Shown piece after piece: positions 32,413 to 40,806 of a DNA stretch of 64,000 nt (positions are counted from its first letter, which is position 1; every line of letters begins with the position of its first letter). The position numbers were made by a program, and so were the translations under genes. The DNA comes from Gemmatimonadota bacterium (GTDB lineage Bacteria > Gemmatimonadota > Gemmatimonadetes > Longimicrobiales > RSA9). Under the pieces are notes generated by a model. That model saw nothing but the letters and a program-made list of their open reading frames with translations, was not told the DNA's origin and did no database searches. Location: the NCBI GenBank assembly GCA_040905425.1, contig JBBDRO010000050.1:56877-120876 (forward strand). The letters are read 5' to 3'.

Positions 32413-32628
32413 ATGCTTTCTGCTCTGCTGACCTTGCTCGCCATCAGTCTGGTGGTGGTGCTCGTGGCCGGGGTGGTTCTGGCCGTGGTGGGGGCCGCCG
32501 TGGGCCTGGTCTTCACCCTGCTCTTCAAGGTGGCGCCGCTGGTGCTGGTGGGGTGGCTCGTGGTGCGCTTCCTGGCACCCCGGCAGAAGCGCCTCTCGCC
32601 CGCCGACCGGGAGTGGCTGGAGAGCTGA
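32413..32628 (+). CDS. Small integral membrane protein (71 aa)
   Basis: Strong AAGGAGG RBS, ATG 32413, long hydrophobic stretch, short charged tail. Confidence 0.7.
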   Translation: MLSALLTLLAISLVVVLVAGVVLAVVGAAVGLVFTLLFKVAPLVLVGWLVVRFLAPRQKRLSPADREWLES

Positions 32629-32631
32629 GCC

Positions 32632-33480
32632 TCAGGCGCGGGTGAGCGTGACTTCGGCGCCCCGCTCACAACCCAGGGCCCGGCTGGCGCTGCCATTACG
32701 CACCGCCACTTCCAGGAGCCCGGCCGACCCGATGAGCGCCACGGGTTGGCCGGGCTCCACGTCCGCGTAGGTCCGCCACACCCCGCCGACCACCTTGTCT
32801 TCCACACTCACGCTGGCATCCCGCTCCACCCACTCCGCGGGGATGTTGCTCACGAGGGTGCCGAAGCGGTCCACGTGCACCACCTCCCCCTGCACCACCC
32901 CCTCGCTCCGGAGCGGCGCGGGGACGTCCAGCGGTACGGGATCCTCCACGGGGGCGCCGAAGCGATCCGGGGGCACGCCGCGCGCGAGGTGGGCGGCCGC
33001 GGGGGCGAAGACGTCCCGGCCGTGGAAGGTGGCGGACACGTCCGGACCCATGAATTCCGGATTCTCGATGGCGTGCAGTTCGGCGGCGCCGGCCGCCGCA
33101 AGCACCCGGCCGAGCACGCCGTTGTCGGGCGCCACCAGCAGGCGGCCGTCCGCGGCTCCCACGAGCGCCCGGCGCGCGGCACCCACACCGGGGTCCACCA
33201 CCACCAGATGGATGGTGCCGGGCGGGTAGCGCCGCCAGTAGGCCTGCAGGGCAAAGGCGGCGTGGCGGATGTCACCGGGCGGCACGTCGTGGGCGGCGTC
33301 CTCCACGCGCGCCGCGGGCGCCAGGGTGGCCAGCACGCCGCGCATGGCGGCCACGTAGCCGTCGCGGGTGCCGAAATCGGTGAGGAGCGTGACGCGCGGC
33401 GTCCCCCGGGGTTCCGGCGTCCCCCCGGGTTCAGTGTGCGCCGCCTCCGCGGGCATGTCCATGGGCCGATCGGCCGGCAT
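32632..33480 (-). CDS. SAM hydroxide adenosyltransferase / SAM hydrolase (DUF62 family)
   Basis: TLLTDFG..DGYV, VVDPGVG..RR, APDNG, TFHGRDVFAP, VDRFG, LEVAV..GSA. The exact start is uncertain. Confidence 0.88.
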   Translation of the reverse strand: MPADRPMDMPAEAAHTEPGGTPEPRGTPRVTLLTDFGTRDGYVAAMRGVLATLAPAARVEDAAHDVPPGDIRHAAFALQAYWRRYPPGTIHLVVVDPGVGAARRALVGAADGRLLVAPDNGVLGRVLAAAGAAELHAIENPEFMGPDVSATFHGRDVFAPAAAHLARGVPPDRFGAPVEDPVPLDVPAPLRSEGVVQGEVVHVDRFGTLVSNIPAEWVERDASVSVEDKVVGGVWRTYADVEPGQPVALIGSAGLLEVAVRNGSASRALGCERGAEVTLTRA

Positions 33481-33492
33481 CGTCCGCCCCCC

Positions 33493-34614
33493 TCACGCGG
33501 CGTCCACCGGCGCCTCCACCGCGGCCATCACGCGTTCCGCGATCTCGCGGAAGGCACGCCCGGCCGCGGAGTCGGGGGCGCCCATGACCGTGGGAACGCC
33601 CTCGTCGCCCGCGATCCGGACCTGCGGATCGAGCGGCACCTCACCCAGGAAGGGCAGGTGCATGGCGTCGGCCAGCTCGCGTCCGCCGCCGGAGCCGAAG
33701 AGGTCCAGCACCTTGCCGGTCTCGGGGTCCGTGTAGGGGCCCATGTTCTCCACGATGCCCAGCAGGTTGGTGCGCACCCGCTCGAACATGCGCACGGCCC
33801 GCCGGACGTCTCCCGTTGAGACCCGCTGCGGCGTGGTCACCAGGATGGCGCCGTCCAGGTCCACCGTCTGCACCAGCGAGAGCTGCGCGTCACCCGTACC
33901 CGGCGGCATGTCCACGATGAGGTAGTCCAGCTCGCCCCACTCCACCTGCTCCAGGAACTGCTTGAGGATGCCCGAGATGAGCGGCCCGCGCATGATGGCG
34001 GGCTGCTCCGCTTCCAGCAGGAAACCGATGCTCATGAGCTTCACGCCATGGGCCTCGAGGGGCACGATCTTCTCGGCCCCCTTCTCCCCCGTGACCGCCG
34101 GCCGGCGCGTCTCGCCGAACATGAGGGGAATGTCGGGGCCGTAGACGTCCGCATCCATCAGGCCGACTTTCCTGCCCGCCGCGGCCAGCGCCGCTGCCAG
34201 ATTCACCGCTACCGTGGTCTTACCCACGCCGCCCTTGCCGGAGCTCACGGCCACCACGTGGTCGATGCCGGCGATCAGGTTGCCCTGGGGTGTGGGTGCC
34301 GGCACGGAGCCGGGCTGGAGCCCACCCTTCGCGGGGCCCGCGTCGCCGCCGCCCTGGCTGGAGGTGGGCAGCTTCACGTCGATCTTCACCCGCGCCACGC
34401 CCTCCACCTTCTCGGCGGCTGCGCGCGTCTCGCGCACCAGGGTCCCCGGGTCCTCCGGATGGAGGAGGAACTGCATGCGGACGTTGCCCTCCTCGTCCAC
34501 CTGGACGTCCCGGGTATGCTCGCCTTCGATCACGTCCTTGCCCGTACGGGGATTCGTCACCCCGGCCAGGGCGGCGTGCACGTCCCGCTCGATTCGCTGC
34601 CGATCCACTGCCAT
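33493..34614 (-). CDS. mrp: Mrp/NBP35 (ApbC) Fe-S carrier ATPase
   Basis: SSGKGGVGKTT, DADVYGP, MSIGFL, RGP, DMPPGTGDAQL, VTTPQ, GIVENM. Confidence 0.93.
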   Translation of the reverse strand: MAVDRQRIERDVHAALAGVTNPRTGKDVIEGEHTRDVQVDEEGNVRMQFLLHPEDPGTLVRETRAAAEKVEGVARVKIDVKLPTSSQGGGDAGPAKGGLQPGSVPAPTPQGNLIAGIDHVVAVSSGKGGVGKTTVAVNLAAALAAAGRKVGLMDADVYGPDIPLMFGETRRPAVTGEKGAEKIVPLEAHGVKLMSIGFLLEAEQPAIMRGPLISGILKQFLEQVEWGELDYLIVDMPPGTGDAQLSLVQTVDLDGAILVTTPQRVSTGDVRRAVRMFERVRTNLLGIVENMGPYTDPETGKVLDLFGSGGGRELADAMHLPFLGEVPLDPQVRIAGDEGVPTVMGAPDSAAGRAFREIAERVMAAVEAPVDAA

Positions 34615-34788
34615 GTGCGCCTCTCTTCACGGAAGACCGGCCGCGGCCATGCGCCGCGCCGGCGTGCGAAAAGCTAAAGCGGACACGGCGCGTTGACCAC
34701 CCGCGGACGCGCCGCGCGGGCCGGAAACGCGCAGGGCCGGCGCCCCCCCGCGGGGACGCCGGCCCTCGTTGCCCATCCGCCCACCGGT

Positions 34789-35019
34789 TCAGAGCGCGTG
34801 GACGCCCGTCACCTCGGGGAGCACGCTTATGATGCGCCGTTCGATGCCCTGCTTCAGCGTCATCATGGAGACCGGGCAGGAGCCGCACGCCCCCATGAGG
34901 CGGAGATGGACCACGCCGTCTTCCTCGTCGAAATCGATGAACTCCACATCCCCGCCGTCGGAACGGAGTGCGGGACGTATACCGTCCAGAACTTCCTCGA
35001 TCTTGTCCCTGGCGCTCAC
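34789..35019 (-). CDS. NifU/NfuA C-terminal domain protein
   Basis: IRPAL.SDGGDVEF...GACGSCPVS.MTLKQGIE. Confidence 0.93.
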   Translation of the reverse strand: MSARDKIEEVLDGIRPALRSDGGDVEFIDFDEEDGVVHLRLMGACGSCPVSMMTLKQGIERRIISVLPEVTGVHAL

Positions 35020-35057
35020 GACTGCTCTCCCGATGATGGCATGCTCCGACCCTGCAA

Positions 35058-35086
35058 AAACTACCGGCGCTAGTACCCCTCGTCAA
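35058..35086 (-). promoter_or_regulatory. Putative sigma70 promoter for the nifU-like gene
   Basis: Minus strand TTGACG-N17-TAGTTT. Confidence 0.5.
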
Positions 35087-35102
35087 CGTGGGAGTTTCCC
35101 CG

Positions 35103-36677
35103 TCAGTCCAGCCTGCGAGTGACGGATTTGCCCTGCATGAACAGCGGCAGGTAATCCGGGCCACCGGCCTTGGAATCCGTACCGGACATGTTGAAACCAC
35201 CGAAGGGCTGGACGCCCACCAGCGCGCCGGTGCACTTGCGGTTGAGGTACAGGTTGCCCACGTGGAAATCCTCGGCCGCCCGCTCGAGCCGCTCCTGGCT
35301 ATGCGAATAGAGGGCGCCCGTCAGGCCGTACTCGGTGTTGTTGACGATGTCCAATCCATCCTCGAAGTCCCTGGCCCGGATGAAGGCCAGCACGGGTCCG
35401 AAGATCTCCTCCTGCGCCAGGCGCGCATCGGGCGCCACGTCCGCCACGATGGTGGGCGGGATGAAGTACCCGTCGGCGTCCTCGTCCACCTGGCCGCCGA
35501 GCATCACCCGGCCCTCCTCCCCGCCGATCTCGATGTATTCGCGAATCTTGGCAAAGGCCTTGGCATCGATCACGGCGCCCATGAAGGTGCCCTGGTCGGT
35601 GGGATCGCCCATCGTGAGCTTGCGCGCGCCCTCGACCACCTTCTCGAGCACCTCGTCGTAGACCTCGTCCACCACGATGGCGCGCGAGCAGGCGCTGCAC
35701 TTCTGCCCCTGGAAGCCGAAGGCGGAGGCCACGATGCCCGCCGCGGCGGCGTCCAGGTCGGCCGTCTCGTCCACCAGGATGGCGTCCTTGCCGCCCATCT
35801 CCAGGATGGTGCGCTTCAGCCAGAGCTGTCCCTCGTGGACCTTGCTGGCGCGCTCGTAGATGCGCAGCCCCACTTCCTTGGAGCCGGTGAAGGCAATCAT
35901 GCGCGTGCGCGGGTGGTCCACCAGCAGATCGCCGATCTCGGAGCCGGAACCGGGCAGGAAGTTCAGCACCCCCGCCGGCAGGCCGGCCTCGATCAGCAGC
36001 TGGCTGAACCACGCGGCGATCACCGGCGAGGTGGAGGCGGGCTTCAGCACCACCGTGTTGCCGCTCACGATGGCGGCCATGGTCATGCCGCCCATGATGG
36101 CGCCGGGGAAGTTCCAGGGTGGGATGACCACCGTCACACCGAGCGGGATGTAGCGCAGCTGATTGTCCTCGCCCGGATAGGGGTGCATGGGGTGGGACCC
36201 GCCCAGGCGGATGGCCTCCCGCGCATAGTACGCGGCAAAGTCGATGAGCTCGGCCACATCCCCGTCCGCCTCCGGCCAGCTCTTGCTCACCTCGTGGACC
36301 ATGAGCGCCGCGTACTCGAACTTCCGCTCGCGCAGCATCTCGGCGGCGCGCAGCAGGACTTCGGCCCGCTCCTCCGCCGGGACCTTCCGCCAGCTCTCGA
36401 AGGCGCGGTCCGCGGCCTCGATGGCGCGCCTGGCCTGTGCGGTGCCCGCCTGGACTATGCTCCCGACAACCTCGTCGGGCCGGCCCGGGTTCACGGAATC
36501 GGCCGTGGGCCCGTCGTGGATCTCCTCCCCATCGATGATCAGGGGGTATCTCTCCCCCAGGCGGGCGCGGACCGTGGCCAGCGCCGCCTGCATTCGTCGT
36601 ACGTTCTCCGTATCGGAGAAATCGGTCATGGGCTCATTCTGGAAGCCCGTGACGAAGTCTGCCGTAATGGTTGCCAT
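35103..36677 (-). CDS. pruA: 1-pyrroline-5-carboxylate (glutamate semialdehyde) dehydrogenase
   Basis: FQNEP.TDF, IPPWNFP, FTGSKEVG, EMGGK, FGFQGQKCSACSR, EEIFGP, YLNR.CTGA.VG.QPFGG...SGT.SKAGGPDY. Confidence 0.92.
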   Translation of the reverse strand: MATITADFVTGFQNEPMTDFSDTENVRRMQAALATVRARLGERYPLIIDGEEIHDGPTADSVNPGRPDEVVGSIVQAGTAQARRAIEAADRAFESWRKVPAEERAEVLLRAAEMLRERKFEYAALMVHEVSKSWPEADGDVAELIDFAAYYAREAIRLGGSHPMHPYPGEDNQLRYIPLGVTVVIPPWNFPGAIMGGMTMAAIVSGNTVVLKPASTSPVIAAWFSQLLIEAGLPAGVLNFLPGSGSEIGDLLVDHPRTRMIAFTGSKEVGLRIYERASKVHEGQLWLKRTILEMGGKDAILVDETADLDAAAAGIVASAFGFQGQKCSACSRAIVVDEVYDEVLEKVVEGARKLTMGDPTDQGTFMGAVIDAKAFAKIREYIEIGGEEGRVMLGGQVDEDADGYFIPPTIVADVAPDARLAQEEIFGPVLAFIRARDFEDGLDIVNNTEYGLTGALYSHSQERLERAAEDFHVGNLYLNRKCTGALVGVQPFGGFNMSGTDSKAGGPDYLPLFMQGKSVTRRLD

Positions 36678-36761
36678 GTCCCATCCTCCTCAGGGCTCGC
36701 CGCGCGGCGAGCCGTCCCTGGCAGCTGGTCAAACCGGGCGGTTCAGGCCGCCCCCCGGCAG

Positions 36762-36791
36762 AGTGTACCCCGCGGGTTCCAGTAGTGTCAA
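36762..36791 (-). promoter_or_regulatory. Putative sigma70 promoter for pruA
   Basis: Minus strand TTGACA-N18-TACACT. Confidence 0.5.
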
Positions 36792-36892
36792 CGCGGGCCG
36801 CTCAAGGCGTGCCCGGGCAGCGCTCAGGGGCCCCGGGTGGGCGACCGCACATTCCGCTCAGCGGGCCCCGGGCGAGTGACCCCACGATCGGC

Positions 36893-37924
36893 TCAGGGGA
36901 CGCCGGTGAGCGCCCGCACGATCCGCTCACCGTGGTCCCGTCCGTTCTCGATGAAGACCTTGTTGGCATTGTTGCCCGCCACCACCACGCCCGCCAGAAA
37001 CACACCGGAGACGTTGGTGAGCATGGTCTCCGGATCGTGGACCGGGATGCCGGTGGCCGCGTCGATGCCCACGCCGAGCGAGCGCAGCAGCCACGGATCG
37101 GGCGTGTAGCCCGTCATGGCCAGCACGAAGTCGGTTGCCAGGAGCTCGGTGGCGCCGGTCTCCTCGTGGTGGACGACCACGGCATCGGGACGGATCTCCG
37201 CCACGCGGCTGCCGAAGCGGGTGGCGATGGTGCCGTCGCGGATCCGTCCCTCGGCGTCCGGCCGCACCCACGGCTTCACGTTGGGGTCGAGCTCGGGACC
37301 GAAATGGACCAGCGTGACGCGCGCCCCCCAGCGCACCAGCTCCAGCGCGGCGTCCACGGCGGAATTGCCGCCCCCCACCACCACCACGCGCTGCTGAAAA
37401 TAGGGGTGGCCCTCCCGGTAACGGTGGGCCACGTGCGGCAGGTCCTCACCGGGCACACCGAGCAGATTGGGATGGTCGAAGTAGCCGGTGGCCACCACCA
37501 CGTTGCGCGCCGGACGGACGGCCTCGGCACCGGCGCGGTCCCGTACCCGCACACCGAACGCCCCCGCCTGGCCCTCCACAGCCAGGACCTGGTGGTACTG
37601 CTTCACGTCCAGCTCGAAGTGCGGCACCAGGCGCTGGTAGTAGCGCAGCGCCTCGCGGCGGGTGGGCTTGTCCCCCACCGGAATGAAGGGCACGCCACCC
37701 AGCTCCAGCCGGTCGGCGGTGCTGAAGAAGGTCATGTAGGTGGGGTAGCCGGCGATGGACGCCACGACGGAGCCCTTGTCGAAGAGCGTACAGGAAAGCC
37801 CCGCGCGCCGCGCGGCGATGCCCACGCCCAGCCCGCAGGGGCCCGCTCCGATCACCGCCAGCTCCAACGGCTCGCCCCGAGCCTGAGCCCCCTCGCCATC
37901 CGCACGTTCAACCAACCTGTCCAT
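36893..37924 (-). CDS. ypdA: YpdA-family putative bacillithiol disulfide reductase
   Basis: GAGPCGL, YPTYMTFFST..RLE, KPTR.EAL.YY, ATGYFD.PN, GGGNSAVDAA, KPWV.P, FIENGR.HG. No CxxC. Start placed at ATG 37924. Confidence 0.85.
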   Translation of the reverse strand: MDRLVERADGEGAQARGEPLELAVIGAGPCGLGVGIAARRAGLSCTLFDKGSVVASIAGYPTYMTFFSTADRLELGGVPFIPVGDKPTRREALRYYQRLVPHFELDVKQYHQVLAVEGQAGAFGVRVRDRAGAEAVRPARNVVVATGYFDHPNLLGVPGEDLPHVAHRYREGHPYFQQRVVVVGGGNSAVDAALELVRWGARVTLVHFGPELDPNVKPWVRPDAEGRIRDGTIATRFGSRVAEIRPDAVVVHHEETGATELLATDFVLAMTGYTPDPWLLRSLGVGIDAATGIPVHDPETMLTNVSGVFLAGVVVAGNNANKVFIENGRDHGERIVRALTGVP

Positions 37925-38032
37925 ACCCTCTGCGCTCCAGACCACACATGATGCTCCTGAGAACCCCGCCACCGGCCGCAGGGTCCAGGGTGCTACCCCG
38001 GGACGGTGCCCGGCGTTCGCCGCCACGCGGCG

Positions 38033-39193
38033 TCAGAAAAGCTCGGGCGCCAGCGCCTGGTCGAGGTCGGCCAGGATGTCGGCGGCGTCCTCGATGCCCA
38101 GCGAGAGGCGGATGAAGCCGCTGCCTATGCCAACCGCGTGCCGTTCCTCCGCGGAGAGCCCCACGTGGGAGGTGTGCACGGGCATGGAGACGAGTGTCTC
38201 CACCCCGCCGAGCGACGGGGCCAGACAGAGCAGACGGAGCCGCTCCACGATGCGCAGGGCGGCCTCGTCCCCGCCACGCGCCACGAAGCTCACCATGCCG
38301 CCGAAGCCGTCCATCAGTTCCGCGGCCAGGGCGTGGTCGGGGTGTTCCGGCAGGCCCGGGTAGAGGACCTCCGCCACGGCCGCATGGGCTTGTAGCCAGC
38401 GCGCCACGGCCAGCCCGTTGGCGTTGTGGCGCTCCATGCGCACGGCCAGCGTCTTGATGCCCCGCTCCAGCATCCATACCGCGTGGGGATCGAGCACCGG
38501 ACCGAAACTCTTCAGCAGCTCGCGCACCGCGCCCACGAGGTCCGCGCGCCCGGCCACCACGCCGGCGGTGAGATCGGAATGGCCACCCAGGTACTTGGTG
38601 GCGCTGTGCACCACTAGGGCGGCGCCGTGCTCGAGCGGACGCAGGTTGATGGGCGTGGCAAAGGTGGCGTCCACGACCAGGGGGATGCCGTGGCGGGCCG
38701 CCAGCGCCGCCACCGGCCGCGGGTCGGAAACGCGCAGCGTGGGGTTCACCGGAACCTCCATGTAGAGGAGCCGGGTCTCCGGCCGGAGCGCTGCGGCAAA
38801 GCCGTCGGCGCCATCCACGTAAGTGGTCTGGACCCCCAGGCGTGCCAGTTCACGATCCAGGATGCGGCGCGTGCCGCCATAGAGGGCCCGCTGGGCCACC
38901 ACATGGTCGCCGGCGCCCACGCAGCTCAGCAGGCTCAACGCCACCGCGGCATTGCCGCTGGCCAGCGCCAGAGCCGCCTCCGCCCCCTCGAGCGCCGCCA
39001 GGCGCGCTGCCAGCAGCAGGTGGTTGGGGTTGGTGCCGTAGCGCGTATAGCGGACCTCCCCGTCGGGCACGGCGCCGCTGTAGAAGGTGGAGGCGGGGTA
39101 GATGGGGGACGTCACGGGGGCGCCGGGGGTCCGTTCCCCCGACCCGGCGTGGACGGCGCGTGTGGATGGGCCCTGGTCTCGGTGGTCCGCCAT
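38033..39193 (-). CDS. PLP-dependent Cys/Met metabolism enzyme (cystathionine gamma-lyase/synthase family)
   Basis: TRAVHAG, YTRYG.NPN, LYGGT, VVDATFATP, HSATKYLGGHSD, APSLGGVETL, IRLSLGIED. Confidence 0.92.
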   Translation of the reverse strand: MADHRDQGPSTRAVHAGSGERTPGAPVTSPIYPASTFYSGAVPDGEVRYTRYGTNPNHLLLAARLAALEGAEAALALASGNAAVALSLLSCVGAGDHVVAQRALYGGTRRILDRELARLGVQTTYVDGADGFAAALRPETRLLYMEVPVNPTLRVSDPRPVAALAARHGIPLVVDATFATPINLRPLEHGAALVVHSATKYLGGHSDLTAGVVAGRADLVGAVRELLKSFGPVLDPHAVWMLERGIKTLAVRMERHNANGLAVARWLQAHAAVAEVLYPGLPEHPDHALAAELMDGFGGMVSFVARGGDEAALRIVERLRLLCLAPSLGGVETLVSMPVHTSHVGLSAEERHAVGIGSGFIRLSLGIEDAADILADLDQALAPELF

Positions 39194-39259
39194 GGTGGCT
39201 CCGGAGAGAGTCGGCCGGCACCGGCGTGGCCCGGCGGCGCCAAACTAGGGGTCGGGGTG

Positions 39260-39338
39260 CCGGATGCGCCACGGGCACCTGCGCGACCCGCCGGATGCGC
39301 GAGCCCGGATGCGCCACGGGCGCCGGCGCGGCCCGCCG
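39260..39338. repeat. Imperfect 34-bp direct repeat (CCGGATGCGCCACGGGC...CCCGCCG) in a divergent intergenic region
   Basis: Copies at 39260-39293 and about 39305-39338, with a third CCGGATGCGC at 39291. Confidence 0.7.
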
Positions 39339-39368
39339 CGGAGCATCCGCGGATTGCGCGCGCGCCGC

Positions 39369-39397
39369 TTGACGCCCGGCGCTCCGGACGCCAATCT
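39369..39397 (+). promoter_or_regulatory. Putative sigma70 promoter
   Basis: TTGACG-N17-CAATCT upstream of ATG 39453. Confidence 0.4.
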
Positions 39398-39452
39398 GAA
39401 AAGGCCTTCGGCGCAGCCTGGCGCCACCCCGCTCCCTCTTCCAGAAACGCCC

Positions 39453-40193
39453 ATGGCCCGCAGCGGGACCAAGCACGCCGCCGAGGCCGTGCTCCGGGAG
39501 CTTCCCTCGGTGCTCGGCGCCGCCGTCCGCGAGGACATGCACGGCCACCCGCGGGAGATTCACGTCCTGCTCTCTGCCGGCCCCACCGCGCGTGACTTCG
39601 CGCGCGATGTGCGCGACCTCCTGGAGGAGCGCCTGGGCATCCCCATCGATCAGCGCGTCATCAGCGTAGCCCAACTGGCGGATGACGCCGCGTGGCCGGA
39701 GGAGGGCCCCCGTGAGGCGGCCAGCGTTCCGCCCGCCGCGGCCAGGCCGGCTCCGGACATTGCCGCCGCCGACGCCCGTGCCCGGCTGGAATCGCTGCAG
39801 ACCCGGCGTGGGGCCGGGCGCACCACGGTCGAGGTGCGGCTGGGATGGGGGGGCGGCCACTACGATGGCCAGGCCGTGGAGATGGACGCGGGGCTGGGAC
39901 CGCAGCGTGCCGCCGCGCGGGCGGCGCTCAGCGCCGCGCAGGCGGCCTGCGACGGGCGCGTGCGGTTGGCCCTGGAAACGGTGGCACCCCTGCGGGCCTT
40001 CGAGCGCGACTATGTCCTGGTGGCGGCCACGGCGGCCGCGCCCTTTCTGGGGCGGCGTCCGCTCGCGTTGGTGGCCGCGCAGCCGCTCCAGGAGGATGGA
40101 CCGGAGTGGGCCGCGGGGCTGGCCGCCCTGAAAGCCGTGAACCGGATCCTGGCCCGCGTGCTCCCCGGCAACCAGGCGCGAGCCGCTTCCTGA
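39453..40193 (+). CDS. Hypothetical two-domain protein
   Basis: Globular-looking N-domain (EIHVL...ARDVRDLL...GIPIDQRVISVAQ), Pro/Ala linker, C-domain ending AALKAVNR. Coding-like composition. Confidence 0.7.
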   Translation: MARSGTKHAAEAVLRELPSVLGAAVREDMHGHPREIHVLLSAGPTARDFARDVRDLLEERLGIPIDQRVISVAQLADDAAWPEEGPREAASVPPAAARPAPDIAAADARARLESLQTRRGAGRTTVEVRLGWGGGHYDGQAVEMDAGLGPQRAAARAALSAAQAACDGRVRLALETVAPLRAFERDYVLVAATAAAPFLGRRPLALVAAQPLQEDGPEWAAGLAALKAVNRILARVLPGNQARAAS

Positions 40194-40215
40194 GCCCCAG
40201 CCAGGGGGCCTGTAC

Positions 40216-40806
40216 TCAGCCCGCGGCCAGCAACGCGCCCAGGGACATGAAGGTCTCCGGCTCTTCCCGACGCACGAGTAAGCGACGTTCGCCCAGAACC
40301 CGCAGCGCCTCTTCGGCAGCCGCCGTCGGCACCTCCAGGTCGGCGGCCACCTCCGCGGCCGTGGCCACGCCGCGGCGCTCCACGCGGTCCCACACGGCGC
40401 GTTCCAGGACGCTCACATCTCCCAGCAGCTCGCAGGCGCCGCTGCTCATCTCCCCTACCAGCGCCAGGTGGTGCCGCTCGAGTACGCTCTCGATGGGTTC
40501 GCGGTGCTGCTCGCAGAGGCCGCGGGCCACGAAGAAGACCGGCAGGGGCTTGCCCGGCCCCACAAAGCGCTGCAGCAGCTTGGCCACGGTCTCGTCCGCG
40601 CAGCTGTAGTCCAGCACCACCACCTGGCTGAAATCCAGTACGGAAAGACACGCCGAGCCGAGCTCGCCGATCTGGCTCTCGATACCCATGCGCAGGGCGC
40701 GCCCCGTGGGCCGGGTCACGAGGTGCGAATAGAGACTGGCCACCTGCCGGCGCACCAGCGCGGACATGTCGAAGGAGAACGGGACCGGCGCCCCCTCCTG
40801 CCTCAT
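40216..40806 (-). CDS. STAS-like (DUF4325-like) protein with a C-terminal winged-HTH-like segment
   Basis: LVTRPTG..LR..IE, VLDFSQVVVLDYSCADE STAS-like motif; TAAEVAADLEVP....EEAL..L HTH-like motif. The ATG overlaps the upstream stop. Confidence 0.65.
   Translation of the reverse strand: MRQEGAPVPFSFDMSALVRRQVASLYSHLVTRPTGRALRMGIESQIGELGSACLSVLDFSQVVVLDYSCADETVAKLLQRFVGPGKPLPVFFVARGLCEQHREPIESVLERHHLALVGEMSSGACELLGDVSVLERAVWDRVERRGVATAAEVAADLEVPTAAAEEALRVLGERRLLVRREEPETFMSLGALLAAG

Noticed and set aside
32632..33480. SAM-dependent fluorinase/chlorinase
   Set aside because: It has the DPGVG..R and TFHGRD Asp-Arg-His signature of DUF62 hydrolases, and there is no halometabolite cluster context.
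39258..39321. Enterobacterial REP element (GCCGGATGCG)
   Set aside because: Only about 10 bp match, the copies are direct repeats, and the REP hairpin is absent.
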